Origin: Elsinoe ampelina
Lineage: Eukaryota
Assembly: GCA_010093995.1 (NCBI GenBank)
Contig: ML992503.1
Coordinates: forward strand, 1,045,234-1,109,233
Length of the DNA: 64,000 bases
Reading direction: 5' to 3'
Of this stretch, positions 48,432-60,123 are shown piece after piece. Numbering within the stretch: the stretch's first letter is position 1; each line of letters opens with the position of its first letter. The translations under genes and the position numbers were made by a program. The notes beneath the pieces are model-generated. The model was not told the origin of the DNA, did not search any database, and was given only the letters and a program-made list of their open reading frames with translations.

Positions 48432-49760
48432 TTAAGATCCCAAGTGCAAGTGATCCACATCGTCGTTCAAGCTGTCTGCATCGTAGTCCTCCATGTGCAG
48501 GTATGCTGGCGGGCTTGCTGGCACATCCTCATACATGGGGGGCGTCTCGTCGTCCCATGCGATGCCCATACCGGCCCTCTCGGTGACCGTCAGATTGAAC
48601 TGTGTCCGCAGAACCCTGGCCACGCCTGTTGGTGTCGCGTTTTTGGGCTTCTTGTTTGGCGCCCATTCTTCTGCAATGATCATCTCCAGGATGAGGACAT
48701 GCGAGATCTTCAAGCCATTGGGGCTGTCGACGTCGGCATTAGGCTTCCTGGTGCGGTCTATGGCGCAGACGAATTCGCCTTCAACTTCCCCAGCTTCGAA
48801 GTCGCATTTCCAGCCTCCTTTCACTTCCTTGTCTCCTATCACCCGGGTATTCTCATGCAAGACGCCCTTGCCCTCTCCTCCAACTTTCTGCGCGTGCTTG
48901 GAGCATGCCGGGGACACACCAGTCTCGTGCTCTTCTATCCGCCAGTCGAGCTTCCGTAGTCGCCATCGGGTCTGAGTCTCCTCATTCTTGGTGGTAAGTC
49001 CAGTCATTTTCGCATAAACATTGAAATCGCCCATTGGATGGATGACTGATGGGAGGGTGACATTGAGATTGAGGTTTGTCGGTGGGAACACCCGTATTGA
49101 CACTTTTTCTGGTCCAGGGCGAACGGCGCGCTGAACTTCCAGTGGCTTGGTCAAATCGAAGTGGTCTCCTTTCTCTGTCTCGGCCCGGGCGACGAATTGG
49201 TATTCGATACTGCCGATTTGGCCCCGGACTGATGCTGGTAAATGGCCAGGAATCAAGTGGCTGGCGGGGAACTCATGACTACCAGGGCGAAATGAAGTGC
49301 TGCCGGACACCAATTTCCATTCCTTAACCACGGCGACTTGCTTAGAGCAGCTTGGACACTTGTCCGACACTGGTCGCTTATGTGTGGTGACCGCTTCTAG
49401 CTTGAGAGTGAAGCTTTTTAATGTGACAGGCTTGTCCTTGACATCCATGCGAAGCTTGACGGAATAGAGTGCACCACTGGATCGCTGTGGATCGTCGAGG
49501 AGAAGCGCAGGGGGCGACTCGGTGACCAGATCAAGCTTGACATGTTTTCCAGAGGAGCTGCCAGTCCTTTGCGCCTTCGTTTCGGAAGAATGCTTCGACC
49601 TATTCAAGCTTGGTCGTATGAATTGATCCATGTTTGAGCTCGGTGCAAGAACACCTGCAGCGACTGATGTCCTCTTTGACGCGTCTTGCTTCACCTTGGA
49701 CTTTGTGTTTGTGGGTGTAGTGGTTTTGCCCAGGTCAAAACCTAAAAGTCTGCCTGGCAT
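48432..49760 (-). CDS. LDB19: Alpha-arrestin / Rsp5 adaptor, LDB19/ART1-like
   Basis: ESPP start of the arrestin fold, HEFPASHLIPGHLPAS, RVFPPTNL, RWRLRKLDWRIEE, GMGIAWDDETPPMY and SPPAY (PPxY motifs). Start taken at MPGRLLGF. Confidence 0.85.
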   Translation of the reverse strand: MPGRLLGFDLGKTTTPTNTKSKVKQDASKRTSVAAGVLAPSSNMDQFIRPSLNRSKHSSETKAQRTGSSSGKHVKLDLVTESPPALLLDDPQRSSGALYSVKLRMDVKDKPVTLKSFTLKLEAVTTHKRPVSDKCPSCSKQVAVVKEWKLVSGSTSFRPGSHEFPASHLIPGHLPASVRGQIGSIEYQFVARAETEKGDHFDLTKPLEVQRAVRPGPEKVSIRVFPPTNLNLNVTLPSVIHPMGDFNVYAKMTGLTTKNEETQTRWRLRKLDWRIEEHETGVSPACSKHAQKVGGEGKGVLHENTRVIGDKEVKGGWKCDFEAGEVEGEFVCAIDRTRKPNADVDSPNGLKISHVLILEMIIAEEWAPNKKPKNATPTGVARVLRTQFNLTVTERAGMGIAWDDETPPMYEDVPASPPAYLHMEDYDADSLNDDVDHLHLGS

Positions 49761-51237
49761 GTTGATGATGATGTTCGTGCGTAAGTCCCGTGATGTGGAA
49801 GGCGGCGAAGTGCGGGGTGATGCCGATTCAATATATGCTGAGCCGAGAGAGATGAATGGAAGCGCGGGAAAGTCAGGAACCCATTGGTGCAATAGCTGTA
49901 CAGATGGCGAAAGAGATTGCAATGCGGGGAGGGGGTACCTTCCTTATTAACAATGGCGAGCGAAAGCGCACGGTCAGATGGTCCTGTTGTTATTTCGGCA
50001 GCCAAGGGGACAAACGAGGCCAGCTGACGTGCTTTTTAGCAATGACTGGAAATTTCTTCAACTCCGGGGATTTGCCCAAGCTCGGAGCCATGTTTGGAAC
50101 TCTTTGGGGGGGACCAGACGATCGAAACCGGCAAAGCTTTTCAGGGCTGGTCGTTGGTGACTGTTTTACATGGTTTTCGTCATGTAATGGTTACGGGCAG
50201 ATGTTGTAAAAAATGGCATTAAACGCCGAATGATGTGCGCCGGCGCCCCGCGTTCTGGTCGCATTGGCGCATGTGCTTTGTTCCAATAATGTGTCCCTGG
50301 ACCTGAATGGCCGGAATTCCAGCATTTTCTTCCACCACGCGTCTGAATTACGTTCAAGCTTTGCCTTGCAGGCCGAGGGGCCCATCTCTCGTCAAAGTGT
50401 TCCCCTGATCGAACTTTGCGGGCACCTCATGACCAAGCCTGTTTGGTATCCTTCGCTGGACTAGACACATCTGTGTCTCGAACACAGGAGAGCGGTGTAG
50501 CAATAGTCATCCAATTTTGCAGCCGGTGTGCTCGGCTAGGGGCCGTTGACAGTGCGGAGAGGAAACGGTCATTACCCGACGATGAAGGTCTCGACGTATG
50601 AGGAGAGCGAACCTGCAGAGTCCAGCCATTGACCTTGAGCGGTGCCTTGTTCTTGACAAGTTACGCTTGCTCATCCGGGCTATTCACTCATACCATTATT
50701 GCTGCACATCTGTTGCACGAAGAGGCAAACAAGCGAAAGGCGCAAGATGATGCCACAGACAGGCGCCCTCGTTCAGACCTGCATGGATCGTCACGGTTCG
50801 ACCAGGATTACTAGAGTCCCCGCAATTTGGATCTGACGTTTGGCTTTGTGCGCATGACCTTCTAGAGCCGATTCGGCGATCTGATGGATTTTTTTCTGCA
50901 GCATCTCCGGCCGCGGGGAGAATCATGTATTATTATTAGAGGTACTTTCAATGTATCGCAACAAAGAGAGCCAGGCGATGATGATGCTTTGTTGATTGCA
51001 CCAGCTCGGAACAGCGCTTCAGTCTTTCTCTTTTGTCGCGGGTCCTACCTGGTATTTCTATAATGCTGGATGATGATTCCGAAGCGATGATCACGAATAG
51101 GAGCAGTTCGAAATCCGAACTCCGAGACAGGCAGCGATCCGGTACGCAGTCCGATCTGGTAGAAATTTCCCCTCGCGTCATAGTCCTGAGGTCTTCCACG
51201 GCCGGCTCCGGCAGTCGTCAATACCTAAGGAAGCCAA

Positions 51238-51398
51238 TGGTAGCTGAATAACATACTACCAGACACGGTCTCTCATCTGTGTACATAGCTTGGTCACAAC
51301 GTATAGCTGGCAGTACCAATGATCACACTACCAGACCTGGTCTTTGATAATTTATGTACCTAGCTTGATCATTACATAGCTAGTAGTACCATCTGTCA
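51238..51398. repeat. Degenerate ~72-bp tandem repeat carrying CTGGTAG/CTACCAG arms
   Basis: ACTACCAGAC at 51255 and 51327; both units continue ..GGTCT..TGTAC.TAGCTTG.TCA..ATAGCT.G.AGTACCA; each CTACCA is preceded by a TGGTAG or CTGGCAGT arm. Confidence 0.7.
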
Positions 51399-51794
51399 TG
51401 CCTTGAGTGACACGTCCTGTAACCATCCACCAGTGGTCCCCGGCGGAAAGGTTTCCCACGCTCAGGGTCGGATGTGACGCTGCCTGAGATGCATGCCCTG
51501 GAAGTGGTATGTCCCGCTGTGCTGGGTCTCATCAGAAGACCAAGCCTGGCATATCTGCAAGTCATTTGCACCAGATCACATCGCTGCCATTTGGATGTGT
51601 ACGGACGGCGTCACCATTGGCACTTCTTTCCATGTGAGTCGGTGCCCTTCGACTGACTACCCCAGGCAACATATTCTCGAGTCTCTCCTATTTGGTGTCG
51701 ACGGAAGAGCGAGTCGCATACACTTTGACGATGGAGGAACCGATCAGCAGCACGCAGGATCTCGTGGCTAGTCACTCATTCCTCTCAAGCAGTC

Positions 51795-53380
51795 TCACTC
51801 GGCACCCACCGAGCACTCCCTACCTCCAGGCTGCTTCTTCAAATTGGCCACATTTCTCCTGTGTCTCCGACTCTTGACATGCAAGTCCCAGTCACTCGGG
51901 GTGACTCCAACAACATTACAAGCCTCGCAGACTTGCCTCTCCCATTTCCCAACGCTATTGCTCAGGTCGTTCCGCTTTGGCTTTAGGAGCTCTGCTGCTG
52001 CGCTACTAATACTACTTGGATCCGGCAATGACTCGTCTCCAAGCCAGCGCTCAGCGATCGCTTTCGCCTGATCTATCACACCGTTTTGGAAATCGTCCAT
52101 GTTGGTGCCGTCGAGGAGGTACATCTTGCCTTGACCGGCGTTCTGAGAGGATTGGAGGGCGTTGAGCAGCTTGATCCTGATCCAGCTGACCTGTCTTTTG
52201 GCGTACTGACGTGTGCCTGCTTTGGTCGCCTCGATCGCTTCGCGGAGGAGCTTATTGAGTTCTTTGCTTTCGGATGACAATGCCAGGTTGGCTATGTGTG
52301 AACCGTCTTCGACCTCGTTCGATCGGTCCAGATAGGGAAGGAACTCCTTGTAGCCGATCGATACCCAAATGCCGCTCGTCTTGTCCAGTGTTGGATTCTG
52401 TATGGCATATTTGGAAAGTCCCTGCACTTCGGCGAGTAATCCTGACGTGACCATTTTGTCGACTCTGTTGTTGAGTCGCTTGTACAGAGCGTTAGTGTCA
52501 GCATGTACCCAGAAAATGATCGTATCCATGCGTAGATCTTCAGGACGACTTTTGCTCTCGGTATTGTCCTTTTGCGTGTGGGTCTCGCTACTGTGTCCAT
52601 TCGTAGGAGCCCCTTGTTTGTTCTTCTGCTCTGCATAAATGTCGCTCGCCCTACGTCCGGTCTGCAGCCAAATCTCCAGGCTTCGCTGGATCTTCCTTCT
52701 ATCGTTCGGGTGCCATCTGCTCGCCATCACAGGATCGACTTCTTTGAGCCTCGATAGGATCTCTTCTGTAGAGGCTTCCAGTATGGAAAACTTGGTCTTG
52801 ACATCTTCGTAGCTCCCAGTTGTGCTCACATCTGTGTCGAGGTCGACTTCAGCCTGTGCGGAGTCGGTTTCCTTTGCTTGACTTTCACCAGTCAGGCGGT
52901 CATGGAACAAGAGGCTTTGAGTGTAATAGTGGGTCCCACCGACTAGGATGGGAAGCTTCCCACGACTACGGATGTCTTCGATGGTCTTCAATGCCGATGA
53001 GCAGAATTTGCCGACCGTCCATGGCTGCTCGTCAATACCTATGCAGCCTAGGAGGTGATGTGGCACACCATTTCGCTCGGCGAGAGGTATCTTGTTAGTA
53101 ATAATATCAAGTCCAGCATACAATTGCATGGCATCCGCGTTGAGGACCTCGCCATTGAAGCGGGTGGCCAAGGCGACGGCGAGCTGAGTGGCGTCAGCTC
53201 ACACGATGAAAGGTGCTTCGAAAAGAAGAGGAAGTGAAATGTAGAGATCCAGCGATATGACTATCAACTTACTTCTGACTTGCCAGTCCCCGTGGCACCA
53301 ACGACAGCGATGATTTTTGGCTTCGGTGCCATTGTAGTCAAGCCGCGCCTACACAGCGATGCAGCGCGCAGTCCTAGCAT
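51795..53380 (-). CDS. MOD5: tRNA dimethylallyltransferase (isopentenyltransferase)
   Basis: Exon 1 53273-53380 (P-loop VVGATGTGKS), intron 53184-53272, exon 2 with NADAMQLY, VPHHLLG, VGGTHYY, HPNDRRKI, SIGYKEF, TRQYAKRQ and a C-terminal C2H2-type finger. Second in-frame ATG at 53330-53332. Confidence 0.95.
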
Positions 53381-53693
53381 ATCATTTCAATAGTCTAGAT
53401 CGCATCTGCATCTCGGCGATCGATCGACCAAGATCATCAGATCTGTTCGAACCACGATGTTCGGCAATTGGGAAGGTCAGAAACTTTGCCTTGACATCGG
53501 CGAATTTTCTCCACGGCGTCATCATCAAAAGCACTTTGGGGCAAACTGACCGTCAGACCACGACCTCACCTGTAGCTCAATAGACGACTTCATTCAAATC
53601 TTCAAATTCCCGACGTGTGTTCAACTCCGGTAGGAAGGGGAATACCCCTCATGTATGATTCACGTGCTTACATGCTCAGCCTCACATACTACC

Positions 53694-54754
53694 ATGGCTG
53701 CAGTACCAGACCCAACCATCGAGGTCAAAGACCTCACCTTCAAATTCCCCGATGGCTCTACTGGCCTTCAGAACATCAATCTGGACCTTCCAGCAGGCAG
53801 CAGAACGCTGTTAATCGGAGGTGAGACACTCATCACTCTACGTTTCCATCACTCTCCAAGACCACACCTCTCATGCCGCAGTCTCCTTTGCACACAGGAA
53901 CCCCCCCTTCCCATGTCCCCATCTCTCCCATATCTCCAATCCCCTTCACCACTCCCCTCTCCACCCACTCTCATCCCCTCGACCTTCCCCCCCTCCCCCC
54001 TCCCACCAACCCTCCCTAACCCCTCCCCCCAGCCAACGGCGCCGGCAAAACCACCCTCCTCCGCCTCCTCTCCGGCAAACGCATGTCCCCCCGGGGCACC
54101 ATCAAAATCTCCACCATCGACCCCTTCGCCCAAGGCCTCGAAGGCGTCACCTACCTCGGGCTAGAATGGGTTCTCAACCCCATCGTGCGCTCCGACATCG
54201 ACGTGCCCACGCTCCTCGCCTCGGTGGGCGGCGACCACTACCCGGACCGCCGCGACGAACTCATCCGCATCCTCGACGTGGACACCTCGTGGCGGCTGCA
54301 CGCGGTGAGCGACGGCGAGCGGCGGCGCGTCCAGCTGTGCATGGGCCTGTTGCGGCCGTGGACCGTGCTGCTGCTCGACGAAATCACGGTCGATCTGGAC
54401 CTGCTCACGCGGTTCGAGTTTTTGGATTTTCTCCGCAGGGAGACGGAGGCGAGGATGTGTACCATTGTGTACGCGACGCATATTTTGGATAATCTCGCCG
54501 GGTGGCCGAGTCATCTTGTGCATATGAGTTTGGGGCGGGTGAAGAAGTGGGGGGAGATGAAGGGGTTCAGGGAGGCGAGTGAGGAGGAGGGGGCGGGGAC
54601 GGGGAATAGTAGGTTGGGACAACTAGTGTTGGCGTGGTTGAGGGAGGATCTCAAGGAGAGAGGACCCAGGAAGGGGTTGGCGGGGGAGGGGTTGACGTAT
54701 CAGAGTCATGAGGGGAAGGGAGGGTATGGGGCGGAGACGAAGAAGGAGGGGTAG
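53694..54754 (+). CDS. CAF16: Soluble single-domain ABC ATPase, CCR4-associated factor 16-like
   Basis: Exon 1 53694-53820, intron 53821-54032, exon 2; Walker A G|ANGAGKTT, VSDGERRRVQL signature, LLLDEITVDLD Walker B, YATHI H-loop; no transmembrane segments. Confidence 0.9.
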
Positions 54755-55095
54755 TGTGGTAGGATGAGGGCGGTGATGGGAGCATCGGGGGATGGAGGCT
54801 GCCTGCGTTTCAACTGCATAGCCAGGCGTTTTGGGAAAAAAAGGCACTCAACGTGTCTACACGAGGGATGGAGGAAATTAAAGTAGTAGATCTCGGTTCG
54901 TGCCGTCTATAGATTATGTACAGTATATCTGACCATGTGTACTGAAAAAAGAAAGTGTATGCATGAGTCTAAACACCCTCGCTTGCGCTTGTAAGAAATC
55001 TTGCAGCTGATAGCTGGCAGTGTCATCCTTTCCAGTCTATGTCCGTAGTTCGTGATGAGGGAATAGCGTACAAATACAAATTAAATCACCCCAGT

Positions 55096-58000
55096 CTAGT
55101 CGCCGGAAGAGAAGACCTTCTCGTCATTCTGGTCGGCGATGGTCTTGACGTCGGTGCTTGCCTCTTCCGTGACGGCATTCTGGTTACCCTTGGGTACACG
55201 GATGAGCCAGTAGAGGAAGACGGCGGCGGACACGTTGAAGATGATGTAAGCCCAGAGGATGCCAAAGTCTCTCCAGGTGTTGTTGGGAGAGATGCTGACG
55301 GCGTTAAGGAAAGTGTTTGTGCTCTGGATAGGGCAGAATTGGCATTGATCCACGGCGTTATTGTCGGCGAGATATCCGCCAGCCTGGTTCATGTATGGCT
55401 GCATGTACTCCATGCACGTCGAGCCGGATGGAGGCGGGAAGCGGAGGAACTCGTTGTCCGCGCATGACACATTGCCGTCTTTGACTGCCGTACTCAGGAG
55501 ACCAGAGACGAGATATGTGAATGGTGATACCCTGTACATGAAGATCCAGAATCCAGGGAGAGCGTTGGGCCCACGAAGGACACCACAGAAGAGCAGTGAA
55601 AGGGAGAAGAGCAGATTGGCAATGTTGCCACCATTCTCGGCAGACTCGACACCGGCGATGATCATGTGTGCGAAGGTGGATGCGAAGAGGATGAAGACAA
55701 CGATAAACAGCCACATCTGAGCGCCACGTTCAGTGACAGTACCGGTGACGGAGGCGTTGGCGTAAAGACCGATAGGGTAGTACCAGCAGAAGAAGAGCAG
55801 AGTCGCCGCGATGAGTGACCAAGGGATTTCAGCCAAGATCTGGGCCATCATGAAGGCTTGCCATGAGTAGGTCTTTGACGGTCTCTCGCGAACTTCATAT
55901 AGAGCACGTTGTGTAACGAACAGTGGCATGATTTGCGTGACCAGTTGAGAGAAGATGGTGAGCAACATGAAGATACCGAACATCTGGTTCTGGAGACCTT
56001 GTTGTGTGTTGCGAGCCTTGAAGAATGAGAAGCCGACGAAGAGACCCTGGGACGATTAGCATGTGTTTGAGACGACAGTCAGACATGTACTTACAACCGC
56101 GGTGACAAGAGCCAACTTTGACATGATGTAGCTGGGTGTACGCCAGTATTGCTCGAATACACGTTTCTGGACCTCGATGTACTGGTTGAGGAAGGGCGCG
56201 GCGAATTGGCGGTAACTAGCTTTGTTGTTGGCATCGACGGGAAGTTGTGATCGCTCAGCCTTCATTTGGTCCAGTTCGCGATGGACCTCTTTATACTCTG
56301 GTGAGCTTCTCCATGTGGCAGGCCAGTCAATGTCCGTAGTTGTTCCAGGAGCGGCACCAATAACCTCAAGCATCCATTCAGCGGGATTGGCGGTAGGCGG
56401 GCACTTGTGAGCGCCATTGCTCTCGAAGTACTTAGTAAGGATGTTGGATTGATCGCCAACAGGACCGAAGTAGACAGTACGGCCACCCTTGGCGAGGAAG
56501 AGCAAACGATCAAAGCGCTGGAACAGCATGGCGGATGGCTGATGGATTGTGCACAGGATAGCTTGGCCGTTGTTCTTGAGCTTCTCGAGCAAGTCAAGAA
56601 TGGACCATGAAGTCTGAGAGTCGAGACCGGATGTGGGTTCGTCCAAGAAGAGGAGGAGTTCTGGCTTGGCTGCAAGTTCGACACCGATGGTAAGACGCTT
56701 GCGCTGTTCAACGTTGAGACCTTCGCCGGGAACGCCAACGACGGCGTCAGAGTACTCCTCCATCTCTAAGAGCTTGATAACCTCGTCAACATACTCGAGC
56801 TTCTCCTTGCGAGGGACCGAGGCTGGTTGACGGAGAAGGGCGCTGAAGTTCAAAGCCTCTCGGACGGTAGAGGTTTCGAGGTGAAGATCTTGCTGTTGGA
56901 CATAACCAGTCTTGCGTTGGAAGGAGCTGTCACGTTGACGACCATCGACGAGCATCTCACCGTGGATGACACCCATGGTAACACGAGTAGCTAGGACGTC
57001 AAGAAGAGTGGTTTTGCCAGCCCCGGAAACACCCATGAGAGCGGTTAGAGTACCAGGCTTGACCCAACCATCGACGTGATCGAGGATACGACGAGGTTCT
57101 CCCTTGATCTTGATATCATAGACGACATTCTTCCACTGGAAGATGGCAGTCTGCTTCTGGATGACGTTGGAAAGTTCGGTATCGTTCATGCCCTTTTCGT
57201 TCTCAATCCTGCCAGTGGTAGCGGCCTCGGGGTCTGTGATATTCTTCTCCTTCAGGCGAGACGGAGTGTGGCCACGGGGAAAGACGAGGACCTCGCCCTT
57301 GGACTTCTTTGCGCTGACCAATTCGGCGGCAACGAGATAAAGGAAACCAATACCGATCATGAAGACGAAGAGAATACCGAGGTTCCTCCATTTGTTGGCG
57401 CGGTAGTATCGGTAGGAAGATCCAATGTAGACATCTCCGTTGACAAAGTCCTCACCCGCGACGGCACCAACAGCAGAGCAGACTTGGTTTGCCAAATTGG
57501 TGTAACCAGGTCCCTGCGGAACAAAGGTGGAGCAGGTGTAGTTCTGACCAGAGAATTCATTGACCATGAGAGATTCGAAACCATATGCTACCGGATCCAG
57601 GTAATTGATCCACCTAGACCATCCGAGCATGTAAGGCGTAGGGATGGCGAATCCGGTGTAGATGACGATGGCCAGGATCAAGACGGCGGTCGGCGTCAAC
57701 GCTTGCACGAGAGACCGAGATACCGAGGCGATAAAACGGAACAACATGCTCATGACCAATGTGAGGACAAAGGAGAACAGGAAGAAGAAGAAGAAAGCTC
57801 CAGGTTCTCTTCGAAGATTGGTCATAAAGTAGATTGTCAAGTTGAAGATGATGGCGTTGAGAATCTTGTATGGCATGTCCGTAAGCATCGAAGCGAAAGC
57901 TTCAGCCGATGGGTGGTAGAGTGCATAACGCTGGTGCTTCTCGACAATAGGTCGTTGGGCGTATAGAGTGAGAATTTCCAGCGCGGATCCGAAAGCGTTC

Positions 58001-59688
58001 ATGAGGACAGCGAAGAAGAGCAGAGCACCACGAGAGAAGAATGATTCTGTGGTGTAGTTGAGATTGTAAAAGACGGACGAGATGACCAAGACGTTGATAA
58101 AGTTTCCACCAAGTTGTGACAAGGTGATACTGGGATCAGCTTTCAGTCGTTTGAACCCACGCCAGAGACACAGTTTGATCTGCTGGTTATAGGACAAGGT
58201 GTATGGTGACTTGAGACGCTGCTTCTTAGCCTGCATATTGCGGCGAGACACCGCGAACTTCTCATAATCTTCTCCACCGATGGGATGGTCTTTCTCGTAT
58301 TGTTCAATCTCTTGCATAAGGGCCTTGCGGTCGGCACTCTCCTTCCATGCTTGCGCGAATTCATCTGGGGTGCGAGGCACGCGATCCTCCCAGCCTGGCT
58401 GAACACGACGTTCTGCAGCACTGGTCATGGACGTGAGGAAGTCGGCATCGGTCTGTCGGTCGGGGCAAAGGAAGCCTAGTCTTTCGAAGTAGGCGCGAGC
58501 CTCTTTGGCTCGACCGAAGTAGATCTGACGACCTTCGTAGAGGACAAGAACCTTGTCAAAGGTGTCGTAGGCAGCTTGCGGAGACTGATAGATGGCAACA
58601 GCGGCGGTCATGTTGAGCAGCTCGGTGCAGATGCGAAGAATTTTACAGAACTCGATGGCGTTCGCTGAATCGAGACCACGAGTACTGTTGTCCCAAGCCT
58701 GGATGGGTGAACCACTGAGGGCTGCCTCAGCGATGGTCACACGTTTTCGCTCACCACCAGAGACACCACGGACGTAGTCATTGCCGACCTTTGTGTTGAT
58801 GGTGTGCTTGATGCCGAATGTAGCCATCAGCACGTCACGCATATGCTCAGCGTACATGTGTTTGCTGATTCCGTTGGGCAGGTTTCGAGGAGCTCTCGCG
58901 CGTGCAGCGAAGTAGAGAGTGTCGCCGACAGTCAACGACGGAAAGTGAACATCCTGTTCGGCGGTGTAAATGGCTTCACCCCTGAAGTACTTGTGCATCT
59001 GCTCGTAGCTGATTCCCTGGTAGTTGATATGCGAATCGTCATCGACTTTGAAACCATGGGTCTCACCAGTTATGGTCTTGAGAAAGGTCGAACATCCAGA
59101 GCCAGGAGGACCGAGTACGACCAACATTTCGCCGGCATGGACAAGGCCGTCAAGGTTGCGAAGAATATCAATACGGCGATCCTTGGCTCCAGCTAGCTTG
59201 CGAGCAAGTCCGACCATCTGAAGAGGAATATTACCAACACTCTTCTGGTAATCAGTAGCAGTACCGTAGCCATGAGCACTGAGATTCCGGAATGAGATAC
59301 CGGCTTGACGAGGCATGTGCTTGTTGCCGTCCGTCTCGGCCATGTTCAGCATAGCCCGAACCCATGCTCTCGCTCTGAAATTGTCTGATTTGGGGTCGAT
59401 GACTGAACCTTCTTCGGCTTGAAATGGGTTGCCTTGGATGTCGGAGTATGAATTTTGTGTGTAGTGTCGAGCAAGTTTCTTGACTTCTTGCTCGCTGTCC
59501 TCCTCGGAAGATGTGTCGTGTGAACCTGATGCTTCTACAGGCTCGCCGGTCTCTGTGGTTTTCGTCCGGTCCAGAGGATGGAATCCATCATGTTGTGCCT
59601 CTGGACTGCGAGAAGGATCTGTTGCAGGTGCATAGTGCTTCTCTGTGGCGTCACTTAAGTAATTGACATTTCCCACAAGCGAAGCCAT
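55096..59688 (-). CDS. Full-size PDR-type (ABCG) multidrug ABC transporter
   Basis: NBD1 [30 protein letters not shown]1; NBD2 [31 protein letters not shown]2 ([14 protein letters not shown]); single intron 56047-56094. Confidence 0.97.
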
Positions 59689-60067
59689 GTTTGTGGGGTT
59701 TGTACCTAGCTGCCCAGGGCAGACTTGGGCGAGTAGGTGAGTTCAGTACCAAAAAGTTTTGGATCGGATGAGGAAAGAGGGTAGTGATGTAAACAGTGCG
59801 GGGAACTGGACAGGGCAGGAAAGGCGAATAGAGATTAGAAGTGAAACTGGGGAGCCAGCGTGCCTATAATAAAGACGAGTGAAGTTCGGAGAGATGACAG
59901 AGGTTGTGAGTAAGAGAAAAATGGTGGAGAGCGCATTCCATCATTAGGAGCGCACCGAATGAGCTTGTTCTCTGTACCCGGGTTGGAGGGATTCCGTAAC
60001 ATACGCGGAAGCGACTGCGAAATTGAGACGAGCAGCAATGAATCGTTCAGCATCGTTGGCGAGGTTT

Positions 60068-60123
60068 CGGCGGAAGCGAGATACCGAGCATAAGAATTCG
60101 ACCGCGGCGGCGTGCACAAACCG
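60068..60123. promoter_or_regulatory. Two CGGCGG-N10-CCG candidate Zn2Cys6 binding sites upstream of the PDR transporter
   Basis: CGGCGGaagcgagataCCG at 60068-60086 and CGGCGGcgtgcacaaaCCG at 60105-60123, about 380-435 bp upstream of the ATG. Confidence 0.45.

Noticed and set aside
50940..51230. RTGATGA box-C-like motifs and coding-like fragments (possible snoRNA or gene relic)
   Set aside because: No convincing terminal stem, D-box pairing or rRNA guide that I could verify by eye; the ORFs are short and have no motifs.
51238..51398. Repeat-spacer appearance suggesting a CRISPR-like array
   Set aside because: Eukaryotic context, only two units, the intervening sequences resemble each other, and no cas genes are present.
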